Origin: Vampirovibrio sp.
GTDB lineage: Bacteria; Cyanobacteriota; Vampirovibrionia; Vampirovibrionales; Vampirovibrionaceae
NCBI RefSeq assembly: GCF_041737375.1
Contig: NZ_JBGSRV010000006.1
Location: forward strand, 134,022-198,021
DNA length: 64,000 nt
Direction of reading: 5' to 3'
Shown: piece after piece, positions 1 to 8,552 of the stretch
Layout: each line of letters starts with the position of its first letter
Numbering within the stretch: the first letter of the stretch is position 1
Translations under genes and position numbers: made by a program
Notes under the pieces: model-generated
The model's database searches: none
What the model saw: only the letters and a program-made list of their open reading frames with translations
Told to the model about the DNA's origin: nothing

Positions 1-514
1 CAATCCTACCGAGTGGCATGGCACCAAGGGTTTGGTTAAAGAACCCGATATGCCCACCGCTGAACGAAACGTGGAATTTGATTTGGCCAGCTTTCCTACC
101 CCTTGGTCATTTCAGCCTTTTACGTTTAGCCAGCAAAGCAAAGAATATACGTTTAAGCACTTTCAAGCCAGTAAAATTCCGGGTTTTGTCGTTCGATTGC
201 CTGAAGACAAAGACGGAAAACCGGATTTTCTGGTAGTCAGCCGGATTTGCCCTCACATGGGCTGTGTGTTTAACTTTTTGCCGGATCCTGCGGAGGCAGC
301 GGCTTATAACTATCCTTCCGCCAACAATCCTTTATTCGCTTGTCCTTGCCACTTGAGCGTTTACGATCCGCTTCAGTCTCAGGATGTGAGCGGTAAGTTA
401 TTGGCCGGAAAAGTGGTGAGTGGGCCTGCTCCTCGTCCGCCCAGACAGTTTCAGTTCGATATGGTAGGCTCCAAGCTGGTTATTACCACGCTTGAGGCAG
501 GAGGTATCGCCTAA
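1..514 (+). CDS. Rieske [2Fe-2S] iron-sulfur protein, probably N-terminally truncated by the window edge
   Basis: Both Rieske cluster boxes are present in the ORF (CPHMGC ... CPCHLSVYD). No N-terminal TM anchor is visible, so the gene likely starts upstream of the window. Its stop abuts the start of the cytochrome b gene (taa atg). Confidence 0.8.
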   Translation, partial: NPTEWHGTKGLVKEPDMPTAERNVEFDLASFPTPWSFQPFTFSQQSKEYTFKHFQASKIPGFVVRLPEDKDGKPDFLVVSRICPHMGCVFNFLPDPAEAAAYNYPSANNPLFACPCHLSVYDPLQSQDVSGKLLAGKVVSGPAPRPPRQFQFDMVGSKLVITTLEAGGIA

Positions 515-2017
515 ATGGTAGCCACAAATTCTTTTGACCCCAAAGCACTCCCTGCTCAAGCCGTTAATTGGCTGAAAGAGCGGGTTCAGAAAATCGATCT
601 TTTTGATGAAACCAAAGTCGATTTACAAGCACAGTCTCCCTGGTACCAGTTGGGCGCCTTGTATTACTTGTGCTGGGTTTTGGTTCTCATTACGGGCGTT
701 ATTCTGGTTGCTATCTATCTACCGACCACCGCTCAGGCTTTTAACTCGGTGGATATTATCTCTCACAACGCCTGGGGTTCTATTTTAAGGGGAATGCATA
801 AGTATAGTGGCGACGCCATGATTATCGCCGCTACCCTTCGGGTCTACCGCATGTGGTTTACGGCTGAATACAAAAATAAGGGTGAGTTAACTTTTATTTT
901 GGGTATTTTGTTGTTGGTTATAGCCATGTATTCAGGCTTGAGTGGGTATTTGCTGATTTGGAACCAGCGGGCTTTTTGGGCCACTAAGGTTTTCGCTACA
1001 TTCCCCACCTACCTGGACATTACACCCGCTAACTGGACCTGGCCTTGGGATTTTGCCAATTACAAGGGTTCCTGGTTTATTCCCAACGCGGTTGGGGCGG
1101 TTACCCAGTTAATTGGTAATTTAACCCATCAAGGGTTCAGCACCTCTCAAATTTTAATGGGAGGAAGTTCTATTGGTCAGGCTACCATGACCCGTTTTTA
1201 CTCTCTGCACTTCGCATTATCTTTAATTTTGCTGGTGATTTCTGAAATTTATTTCTACAAAAATCGTTTGAAGCGCATCAACCTCAAAAAACCTTTGGTG
1301 CTTCTGGTGATTGCCATGTTGGTTGTAACCGCCATTATTTTCCCCGCGGAATCTGGTACGCGCGCCAACCCTGAAGTAACCCCTCTGCCTATTTTGTCAG
1401 ACTGGTACTTCCTGGCCTTATACCAATTGCTGAAATACATGGATCCTTACTGGGCCACACTTTGGACTTTGGGTATTCCTTTTGTAACCATTGGTTTGAC
1501 TTTTTTAGATTTTGGTCCTGAGCGCAACTGGTTGAAGCGCCCATTGTTTACAACCATTGGCATTATGGCGGCCATTGAGTTTATGGTGTTCTCCATGTTG
1601 ATTATCGCCAACATGGCTAACATTGAAACGGATCCGCCTTACTGGTTTGGCCATTTGATTTTGATGATCACTATTGGACAGTTCTGGCATTGGAGCATGT
1701 ATAAACAACGTCTTCCAATGACTGTGTGGATGTTATTTAACCTGGCTGCCAGTACGTTTTATCTCTTTTTCTGGCACTTGGTGGTGGAAAACTCCAAGCT
1801 GGCTGGCGCTTTTGGTGGTCACAGCATGATTGCCTGGTTTGAAATGATGTTCCATGGTGCTGCTGTGGGTATTGATTTCACCAACCTGTACTGGAATCTG
1901 CTGTGGTTTGGCTATTCCATCGCACAGATTCTGTTGGCTGCCTTCTTGTTTTGGGTAGACCGGGCTCGTCGTGATGAACGCGCAGGCACCTTGCAACCTG
2001 AAGGAGTGACTGCTTAA
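515..2017 (+). CDS. Cytochrome b (fused cyt b6 + subunit IV-like, with C-terminal extra TM helices)
   Basis: The N-terminal half aligns to cyt b6 helix B-D motifs (GMHKYSGDAMIIAATLRVYRMWF, RFYSLHF). The middle matches the PetD/subunit-IV PEWY-like region (PILSDWYFLALYQLLKY). About 150 further hydrophobic residues follow. It overlaps the next ORF by 1 nt. Confidence 0.8.
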   Translation: MVATNSFDPKALPAQAVNWLKERVQKIDLFDETKVDLQAQSPWYQLGALYYLCWVLVLITGVILVAIYLPTTAQAFNSVDIISHNAWGSILRGMHKYSGDAMIIAATLRVYRMWFTAEYKNKGELTFILGILLLVIAMYSGLSGYLLIWNQRAFWATKVFATFPTYLDITPANWTWPWDFANYKGSWFIPNAVGAVTQLIGNLTHQGFSTSQILMGGSSIGQATMTRFYSLHFALSLILLVISEIYFYKNRLKRINLKKPLVLLVIAMLVVTAIIFPAESGTRANPEVTPLPILSDWYFLALYQLLKYMDPYWATLWTLGIPFVTIGLTFLDFGPERNWLKRPLFTTIGIMAAIEFMVFSMLIIANMANIETDPPYWFGHLILMITIGQFWHWSMYKQRLPMTVWMLFNLAASTFYLFFWHLVVENSKLAGAFGGHSMIAWFEMMFHGAAVGIDFTNLYWNLLWFGYSIAQILLAAFLFWVDRARRDERAGTLQPEGVTA

Positions 2018-2343
2018 TGCCAACCACTTTTTCTAAAAGTGATAGGGAGAAGCCTTTAAATCGGCCAATGTGGTGGTTTTTCTTTCTAATCGCTACGGTT
2101 GCTGCATCGTTTGGCTTCAGGACATTTGGGGCTTTTACCTTGCGTCCGAATCTTTTGAACGCTTTTGTCTGGGCATTGGTAATGGTGCTATTGTTTGTTT
2201 CCATTGCGGTATTGGCTTACGACAGCTACGTTCATGAAAAAGGAAAAGGCAATGTGCAGAAGCCAGTCAGACTTTTTGAATGGATGATTCGGCGTGGTTT
2301 TTTGCTGAGCGTTCGTGCTGAAGATAAAGGAATTACACAATGA
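2017..2343 (+). CDS. Small integral membrane protein (2-3 TM), unknown function, translationally coupled in the cyt b operon
   Basis: Hydrophobic 108-aa ORF. Its start overlaps the cyt b stop (taATG) and its end overlaps the next ORF (ATGA). Confidence 0.45.
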   Translation: MPTTFSKSDREKPLNRPMWWFFFLIATVAASFGFRTFGAFTLRPNLLNAFVWALVMVLLFVSIAVLAYDSYVHEKGKGNVQKPVRLFEWMIRRGFLLSVRAEDKGITQ

Positions 2344-2651
2344 ATGTGTTGAAACGTTATTGGAGAGACCTGGCCGCTCTGCTGATTGCGGTTGTTTCTT
2401 TGGCTGGCCTATGGGTCATGTTTAGTGCCGAAGGTAGCATTTGGCTGGTTAAATTTGTTAATGGCAAACCCCAAGAGCTTTTGGAGCCGGTTGCCATATT
2501 GACTCAGTACAATAAAGTCATTCTTCCCAACCTGCAAAAGTATAGTTGGGCCATTGGCCTGACTTTATTTGCGGTCAGCGTTTCCTATATTTTGCTCGGC
2601 TCGCAAGATGAAATCTATACTGCACTGGATGAGCCGAATTCCAAGAAATAG
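2340..2651 (+). CDS. Small integral membrane protein (2 TM), unknown function
   Basis: 103-aa ORF with two hydrophobic segments and an ATGA overlap with the upstream ORF. Confidence 0.45.
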   Translation: MNVLKRYWRDLAALLIAVVSLAGLWVMFSAEGSIWLVKFVNGKPQELLEPVAILTQYNKVILPNLQKYSWAIGLTLFAVSVSYILLGSQDEIYTALDEPNSKK

Positions 2652-2675
2652 ACGAGCTAAAAAGGAGCCAAGCCC

Positions 2676-3821
2676 GTGTATACCGAACCGTTACAAAAAG
2701 CGACTTTGTGGTTAGAAAAGGGTTTAAATGACCTTTTTTCCCAAAAATATAACCCTTTCTATTATCACGGAGCGTTACCCAACTTTTTTATCTGGGCTTT
2801 GTTTATATCCGGATTGCTTTTGTTTGCTTATTACCAGCCAACACTTGCCACCGCTTACGCCTCTGTCCGATACATTACTTTTGAGCTTCCTTTTGGGAAC
2901 CTCTTTCGTTCTATTCACCGGTACGCCAGTGACGGGATGATGATTTTCGTCATGCTACACATGTTCAGGGTTTGGTTCACCGATCGCTACCGGGAATACC
3001 GCATTGTGCCTTGGGTGACTGGTGTGGTTTTGTTAATCATTACCTTTACCATTGGTTTAACTGGCTATCTGCTAATTTGGGACCAAGAAGCTGTTACCCT
3101 TGCCAATATGACCTTTAACCTGGTGAGCAAGACCCCTTTAATTGGCAGCGCGGTGGCCGAGTTTTTAATTGCCGGTAAAATGATTACCGATTACACGCTG
3201 ACCCGGATGATGTTTTTGCACTTGGGCATTCCCTTGTTCATGATGTTTATGTTGTGGTTACACTACCTGCGTATTACACGGCCGGTTTCAGAGCCTCCTT
3301 TGGCTTTGGTGGTTATGCTGTCGGGTGTTTTGTTTCTTTTTTCAGCGGCCTTTCCGGTTAGTTTGCAAATACTGAACGCCAATGACCCTTTGGCGACCCC
3401 TTCCTTAACCTCTGTCAGCTCTGTGATGAATTTTGATTTGTTGTACGCTTGGCCCCAGTATCTGGCCGCTCAACAAGTGGATCCTTTGCTGGTTGTGCTT
3501 TTGGTGTTGGCTGTTCCGGTCGGGTTGCTTATTTTGCCTTATTTGCAAAAGAAAGCCTTGCGTGATCAGTTTGCAACCGTTGTTCGTGAGAATTGCACGG
3601 GTTGCTCGCTTTGCTATAACGATTGCCCTTATGAGGCCATTGAAATGGTTGATCGTGGCAACGATGGCACACGTTTCAAGCGGCTGGCCGTTGTGGATCC
3701 GGGTCGTTGCGCAAACTGTGGCCTGTGTGTTGGTGCTTGCGCCTTTAAGGCTATTGAAATCCCCCGGCGCGAAACCAACAACGTGTTAGCTGAAATCGAA
3801 GCCGCTTTGACCACTTCTTAA
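2676..3821 (+). CDS. Di-heme cytochrome b N-terminal domain fused to a C-terminal 2x[4Fe-4S] ferredoxin domain
   Basis: Helix-B His pair (IHRYASDGMMIFVMLHMFRVW) and helix-D His pair (FLHLG...WLHYLR) are both at 14-residue spacing. The C-terminus has CTGCSLCYNDCP and CANCGLCVGACA 4Fe-4S motifs. Confidence 0.75.
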   Translation: MYTEPLQKATLWLEKGLNDLFSQKYNPFYYHGALPNFFIWALFISGLLLFAYYQPTLATAYASVRYITFELPFGNLFRSIHRYASDGMMIFVMLHMFRVWFTDRYREYRIVPWVTGVVLLIITFTIGLTGYLLIWDQEAVTLANMTFNLVSKTPLIGSAVAEFLIAGKMITDYTLTRMMFLHLGIPLFMMFMLWLHYLRITRPVSEPPLALVVMLSGVLFLFSAAFPVSLQILNANDPLATPSLTSVSSVMNFDLLYAWPQYLAAQQVDPLLVVLLVLAVPVGLLILPYLQKKALRDQFATVVRENCTGCSLCYNDCPYEAIEMVDRGNDGTRFKRLAVVDPGRCANCGLCVGACAFKAIEIPRRETNNVLAEIEAALTTS

Positions 3822-3833
3822 GAAGGAAAAAGA

Positions 3834-4265
3834 GTGATGACTACTGACAATACAAAACTAATCGGCCTGGTCTGCGAGCGAAGCGTGGATTTTGAAGGCA
3901 AGCTTGATGAACAAGGCAACATGACCGATCATCCTTCTGTCAAAATTATCCGGGTACCTTGTAGCGGTCAAATCCAGCCCATCATGCTGGAAACCGCGTT
4001 AAAAAACGGGGCCAGTGGTACGTTTGCATTGGGCTGCCGGATGGGTGATTGCCACTACCGTGAAGGCAATAAGTTTTGCCGCGATCGGCTGGTGGGCAAG
4101 CGCATGCCTAAGCTTAAGCCCAGCGTAGACAAGCGCAGAGTTCAAGGCTATTGGCTTTCTGCGGTTGAGTACGACAAATTAAGCGAAATGGTTGGTCAAT
4201 TTGTAGAGGATTGCAAAGCATTGCCAGCTCCTGAAGTTAAATCGACCGCTAAGGCAGCGAAGTAA
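3834..4265 (+). CDS. MvhD/FlpD-like [2Fe-2S] electron-transfer protein (methyl-viologen-reducing hydrogenase delta-subunit family)
   Basis: Signature IIRVPCSGQ ... ALGCRMGDCHYREGN ... FCRDR matches the MvhD GC.xGDCHYxxGN cysteine pattern. It starts 12 nt after the cyt b-ferredoxin gene. Confidence 0.7.
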   Translation: MMTTDNTKLIGLVCERSVDFEGKLDEQGNMTDHPSVKIIRVPCSGQIQPIMLETALKNGASGTFALGCRMGDCHYREGNKFCRDRLVGKRMPKLKPSVDKRRVQGYWLSAVEYDKLSEMVGQFVEDCKALPAPEVKSTAKAAK

Positions 4266-4278
4266 GGCATAGGAAGAG

Positions 4279-4395
4279 ATGGATATGGAAGAACGCAAGG
4301 ATATTACGCTTTTCATCAAATATGTCTGGTTTTTTCTCTTTTACTTCGCTTTGATCTTATTGATCGCCAGCTTTGGTATCATTGCAGAGAGCTAG
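4279..4395 (+). CDS. Unannotated 38-aa single-TM peptide (MDMEERKDITLFIKYVWFFLFYFALILLIASFGIIAES)
   Basis: ATG at 4279 is preceded by aggaagag, and the in-frame TAG is at 4393. The ORF lies between mvhD-like and the next membrane protein. Its size and topology resemble the small subunits of b6f-type complexes. Confidence 0.4.
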   Translation: MDMEERKDITLFIKYVWFFLFYFALILLIASFGIIAES

Positions 4396-4411
4396 ATAGG
4401 AGAAGAAGCGT

Positions 4412-4876
4412 ATGTCTAATCATCCAGACCCGCATGAAGGCCATCATTTTGATGTGACTAACGCTGAAGGGCGTTTTCATTGGTTTTTTAAAGAGTTTTG
4501 GCCCATTATTTTGCCGGGCTCGTGCTTTTTGCTTTTGTGCGCCATTCCATTAACCCTGTCCGGGATGCTGCACAATTATTTTAGTGCCTCCGATGTTGTG
4601 TGGGGCGGCTATGGACTTTTATTGATTGCAGAATTCCTGGTGGCGATTGTCATTGTTTGTTTGTTGCCCCATTTACTCGGTGTTTATATGTTGCTGTTGG
4701 CCATTTACGGGCTGGTGCTTGCTGAAAACGGCAATGCCTGGAAGGTGGGCTTTATTAGCGACGGGCATAACACCTGGATGATTAGCAGCATTGCGATTTT
4801 GTTTTTAACTTATCTGGCAATCGGAAATCTGGTTTTCCTGAATTCTTTGCGTAATCAAAGAAAAAGTCGCTTGTAA
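4412..4876 (+). CDS. Integral membrane protein (4 TM) with His-rich N-terminus, unknown function
   Basis: 154-aa hydrophobic ORF with an RBS (ggagaag) upstream. It is the last gene of the putative respiratory operon. Confidence 0.45.
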   Translation: MSNHPDPHEGHHFDVTNAEGRFHWFFKEFWPIILPGSCFLLLCAIPLTLSGMLHNYFSASDVVWGGYGLLLIAEFLVAIVIVCLLPHLLGVYMLLLAIYGLVLAENGNAWKVGFISDGHNTWMISSIAILFLTYLAIGNLVFLNSLRNQRKSRL

Positions 4877-4950
4877 GCGCAATTATTTTTGTGCTACAAA
4901 GGTACCTTAATCTGTGTGTCCATGTGAAAAACTAGGAGATTCCCCTTTCT

Positions 4951-5265
4951 ATGGTTAAGATTCGTTTGAAGCGTCAAGGCCGCAAACACCGTCCGTTTTA
5001 CCGGATCGTGGTTACCGATATTCGCAATCGTCGCGATGGTGCGCCTTTGTCTGAGTTGGGGTACTACAATCCAATCTCCAAAGAATTAAAACTGGACAAG
5101 CAAGCTGCTTTGGACTGGATTAGCAAAGGCGCTCAGCCTAGTGATACCGCTAAAAAGCTGATTGAAAAAGCTGATGAAGGTGGAAACCTGATTAAGCTTG
5201 AGTCAGTTAAGCGGGACAAGCTTTCTAAGAAAGCGGCTGAAAAAGCGAAAGCTACCGCCGAGTAG
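4951..5265 (+). CDS. rpsP: 30S ribosomal protein S16
   Basis: [30 protein letters not shown] is the canonical S16 N-terminus, with a lysine/alanine-rich tail. Confidence 0.9.
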   Translation: MVKIRLKRQGRKHRPFYRIVVTDIRNRRDGAPLSELGYYNPISKELKLDKQAALDWISKGAQPSDTAKKLIEKADEGGNLIKLESVKRDKLSKKAAEKAKATAE

Positions 5266-5294
5266 TTTTTGCTGCCATCAATCTCGATCATTAA

Positions 5295-5323
5295 AAGAGG
5301 CCTAACAACAGGCCTCTTTTTTA
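5295..5323. terminator. Rho-independent terminator (agaggcc-N8-ggcctct + T-run) between convergent rpsP and the secreted-protein operon
   Basis: Perfect 7-bp stem followed by TTTTTT. A-rich on the 5' side, so it may act bidirectionally. Confidence 0.6.
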
Positions 5324-5360
5324 ATGGGAGTTACAACTTTTGCTTAACTAGCAAACTAAA

Positions 5361-6269
5361 TTAGTTGCCCAGGCTGACGTTTTTTGGGCTTGACTGGTCC
5401 AAAGCGGCAATGGCGGTAGGGCCTACCACTCCACTTAAGGCGGATCGGTTGCTGCTCAGGGCCTGCTCGGCATTCTGAACCTCCTGACGGGCTGATTCCA
5501 TCAGGGATTGCATTAAGGGCTTCAGGGCCTCGGTATCTTTGGTGCTTTTTAATTCGGCCTGCTCGCCGTACTTCAGCATGGTGCTTTGTGCTTCTTGAGC
5601 CAGGCTAAGTCTTTCTTTAGAGTGTTTGTAATTGTAGTACAGGGTGATCAGCTGATTCTGCAGCTCTTCTACTTCTTTGGCCAAAATCACCATATCGGCG
5701 TCAGTCACTCTGGCCAGCGCAGAATCGGTGGGGTTGCCACTCATCAAATCCTGAATCATGCCTGAACCAATCAATCCGGCAGGCGTTCCGGTCCACATAC
5801 TGCCCGCTACACCGCCCAGATGGACCAGACTGCCCAGCATTCGTTTGGAAAAGTTATCGCCTTCCACAGGCTTACCGGTTGCGTCCCTGCGGGACAGTTT
5901 TTCAATGGCGTAGCGAATGGTTCCGCTGCGCTCTACCGCCGCTTCCCAAAGCATGCCGATGTCAGTTAGCGCAAGTTCTTCCTCGTCCCGGACTTCGTTG
6001 TAGATGGTTTTGTCTTCTTGCTCCATATTCTCCGCAAGCTGGTTCATGTTTTTACGGGTTTCGGGGTCCAGCTTTTTGGCGACTTCGTTAATTTCTTTTT
6101 TGGCCGCTTCATCTAAAATGGGCTTGGGTTCAACGGCATGCGTTTTTGAAGATTTGGCGGAAGCTGCCGCTGGCTTGGCTTTGCCTTGTGCCAAAGCACT
6201 AAACGGCAGGCTGATGGCGGTTACCAGTATCAAACTCAGGGCCAAAACCTGTTGGTTGGTTTTTTTCAT
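5361..6269 (-). CDS. Secreted (signal peptide) coiled-coil protein, paralog of the upstream gene; unknown function
   Basis: N-terminal signal MKKTNQQVLALSLILVTAISLPFSALA. It shares a block with the 6266..7525 product (LWEAAVERSGTIRYAIEKL vs LWEATIQKNPVIRFSLEKL, plus following Gly/Met-rich and coiled-coil segments). Confidence 0.45.
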   Translation of the reverse strand: MKKTNQQVLALSLILVTAISLPFSALAQGKAKPAAASAKSSKTHAVEPKPILDEAAKKEINEVAKKLDPETRKNMNQLAENMEQEDKTIYNEVRDEEELALTDIGMLWEAAVERSGTIRYAIEKLSRRDATGKPVEGDNFSKRMLGSLVHLGGVAGSMWTGTPAGLIGSGMIQDLMSGNPTDSALARVTDADMVILAKEVEELQNQLITLYYNYKHSKERLSLAQEAQSTMLKYGEQAELKSTKDTEALKPLMQSLMESARQEVQNAEQALSSNRSALSGVVGPTAIAALDQSSPKNVSLGN

Positions 6270-7525
6270 TGAAACGGGTTCTCCGGGTTTTCTGGCCCTG
6301 CGTTGTGGGTAGCCTGTGAAATATTGAGCGGCTCAATGTGTCTGCTTTCTTGCAGGTGAGGGCCGATTTCCATGGGCTGTGGCAGTTCGTATTTTTTGAA
6401 ATTTTTGTTGTTCTGCACGGTCTTTTTCGGCGTCTTAATCTTGGCGGGCGGAAGTTCCGGGCCAACCATTTCCGTGATTCTGGCGGTGTTGTGGGGTGCG
6501 GCGGTTTCAATGGGCAAGGGGCCTACCAAATCCTCGGATCCAGAGCGGTTGTTGGTCGGCGCGGCGCTTGCTGTGCTGGTGTTTTCAGAGACATGGACGG
6601 CTAACTCCAGTCGGTTAACAGCTTCGGGTCCAGCCAGCCGCTCCAGTTGCACACGGTTTAATTTTGCTTTTTGCCGCAAGGCCGTTTCACTGAGAACCGA
6701 CTGATAGTAGGCGGCTCCTGAGGCCATAATGGCCAAATCGTTTTTGGAGGATAGGGCTTTGGCGTAAATGGCGTTGTTTTTAACGGTCACTTGATGGCTT
6801 TGGGCCAGATTTTGCAAGGTATTTTTGTAATCCTGATAGCTGTGTATCAGTCGCAGTTTCAGTTCATCAATGAGGCTGGCCAGCTGAATTTGCTCTGTAG
6901 CGGACAGGCTGCCTACATTGACCTGGGTTTTACCATTCACCATATTTTGCAAGGCGTTCCCCATGGCCATACTGCCCATGTTTTGGTATACGCTGGCGCC
7001 GGGTAACATGGCGGGAACCATGGTGGCTCCTGAAATCAGCATATTCAGGGTTTTGGTCATAAACCGGCTGGATTGCTTGGTTTGTAGATCGCTGGGGGTG
7101 GCCAGTTTTTCCAAAGAGAAGCGAATGACCGGATTTTTCTGGATAGTGGCTTCCCACAGAGATTCCAAATCGGCTTCATCTACCCTTCTCTGGATTTCCA
7201 GCAAGTTTTCCAGTTGATCGGTTTTAATGTGTACGCTTAAGTCTGTATTGAGCTTTTCTATTTTGGGTGAGGCTTGTAAAACCGGGCTTTGAACGGCGGA
7301 CAAGGCCACAGGCTCCAGTAAGTCCTCACTGCCTGACTCCACGCTTTCAACCAGCTTGGCGTTAATACTGGCCACGGGGGGTAAAAAATCTCGCTCTACC
7401 AAGCCTTTTTGGGCAGGATTTGCCGCAAAGCTACTATTAACTTGAGTAAACAGAATGCTGGCCGCCAAAACGACTCCCATCCATGATTTAACAGGCGAGG
7501 TGGCTGGTGCAGTCGTTTTACTCAT
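6266..7525 (-). CDS. Secreted (signal peptide) protein, tandem paralog of 5361..6269; unknown function
   Basis: Signal peptide, then a Pro-rich N-terminal region. Its C-terminal 250 aa are colinear with the downstream paralog, and the genes overlap by 4 nt (operon). Confidence 0.45.
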   Translation of the reverse strand: MSKTTAPATSPVKSWMGVVLAASILFTQVNSSFAANPAQKGLVERDFLPPVASINAKLVESVESGSEDLLEPVALSAVQSPVLQASPKIEKLNTDLSVHIKTDQLENLLEIQRRVDEADLESLWEATIQKNPVIRFSLEKLATPSDLQTKQSSRFMTKTLNMLISGATMVPAMLPGASVYQNMGSMAMGNALQNMVNGKTQVNVGSLSATEQIQLASLIDELKLRLIHSYQDYKNTLQNLAQSHQVTVKNNAIYAKALSSKNDLAIMASGAAYYQSVLSETALRQKAKLNRVQLERLAGPEAVNRLELAVHVSENTSTASAAPTNNRSGSEDLVGPLPIETAAPHNTARITEMVGPELPPAKIKTPKKTVQNNKNFKKYELPQPMEIGPHLQESRHIEPLNISQATHNAGPENPENPFQ

Positions 7526-7712
7526 CGCGCGATTGGCCTTGTATTTCAGGGGTGCTGGATCCGAATCTGAATAAAGATATTATCCCAATAAAACCGGCCA
7601 ACGGCGACCGATTTCTGAGAGGCTCTATATTCTTCGTAAAAATTAACAAGCCCCTGCTTGTTGAACGTGCGTTTTGTGAGTTAGGACGGGGATTTGGTCA
7701 ATGGGTTCCCAC

Positions 7713-8378
7713 TTACCACTGAGTGACCTCACCGGGGGTTTGAATCACTTGCATGCTGTTTAAATCGCTGGCGTAGTAGTTGCCTGGTTGAATCATGGCG
7801 TCGGAATCATGCCCTTTGCAAGCATAGTGGCCGGGATGCTCCTCTTCCACGAGTTCCAGCTTTGCCAGTTGGCCCATGCCTTTGTGGGCATAGCGATCAA
7901 AAATCATCAGGCGCAAGGGGCCGCCGTGTATGGCGGGCAGGGTTTTACCACTGGCTCTTACGCAAAACAAGGCCCGTTGTGTATATAGGTCTTTCAACGG
8001 CAAATATTCCACATGCCCGCATAAATTGGTTTGCTTGAGGTATTTGGCTTCTGGCTGGGGGCAAACCCGGTGCAACAGTTCTTGCACCACAAAGCCTTCC
8101 CAGGTGTCGCGGTAGGTGTAGCCATCCGCGAATACCAGCCGTCTGTTTTGCTGGATACGGGTAAATTGGGCAAAATCTTTCAAAGAAAAGCTTTGGGGCT
8201 TGTCAACCAGCCCACTCACTTCCATGGCCCATTGGTTTAAATCAACGCTTTTATAACCATCCATATAGCTGGCAGGCCAGTTGGGGAATGGGTTATTGGA
8301 CTTAACGCCCAGCTGGTCCGGCTTATCGGTAACGGAACCCAAGGTTTGATTGTGAAGACTGTAAAACATGAGGCTCAT
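7713..8378 (-). CDS. Molybdopterin-dependent oxidoreductase, sulfite-oxidase family (MsrP/YedY-like catalytic domain)
   Basis: HGGPLRLMI and the surrounding pattern match the Oxidored_molyb domain. No TAT signal is evident. Confidence 0.5.
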   Translation of the reverse strand: MSLMFYSLHNQTLGSVTDKPDQLGVKSNNPFPNWPASYMDGYKSVDLNQWAMEVSGLVDKPQSFSLKDFAQFTRIQQNRRLVFADGYTYRDTWEGFVVQELLHRVCPQPEAKYLKQTNLCGHVEYLPLKDLYTQRALFCVRASGKTLPAIHGGPLRLMIFDRYAHKGMGQLAKLELVEEEHPGHYACKGHDSDAMIQPGNYYASDLNSMQVIQTPGEVTQW

Positions 8379-8552
8379 TTTAGCATAAGCGGCTTAGAGC
8401 CCCCACAGTTTTTCGCCGAAGGAAATTTTTGATTGGGCCGATCCGTGCTTTCCTGTGCTTGAGCTTTGCCTGAAATGAATTTGAACAAAGCGGCTGATTT
8501 TGCATCTCTTCAAAATACAGCGTTTGTTCTATCATAGGATGATACAAAAGTC

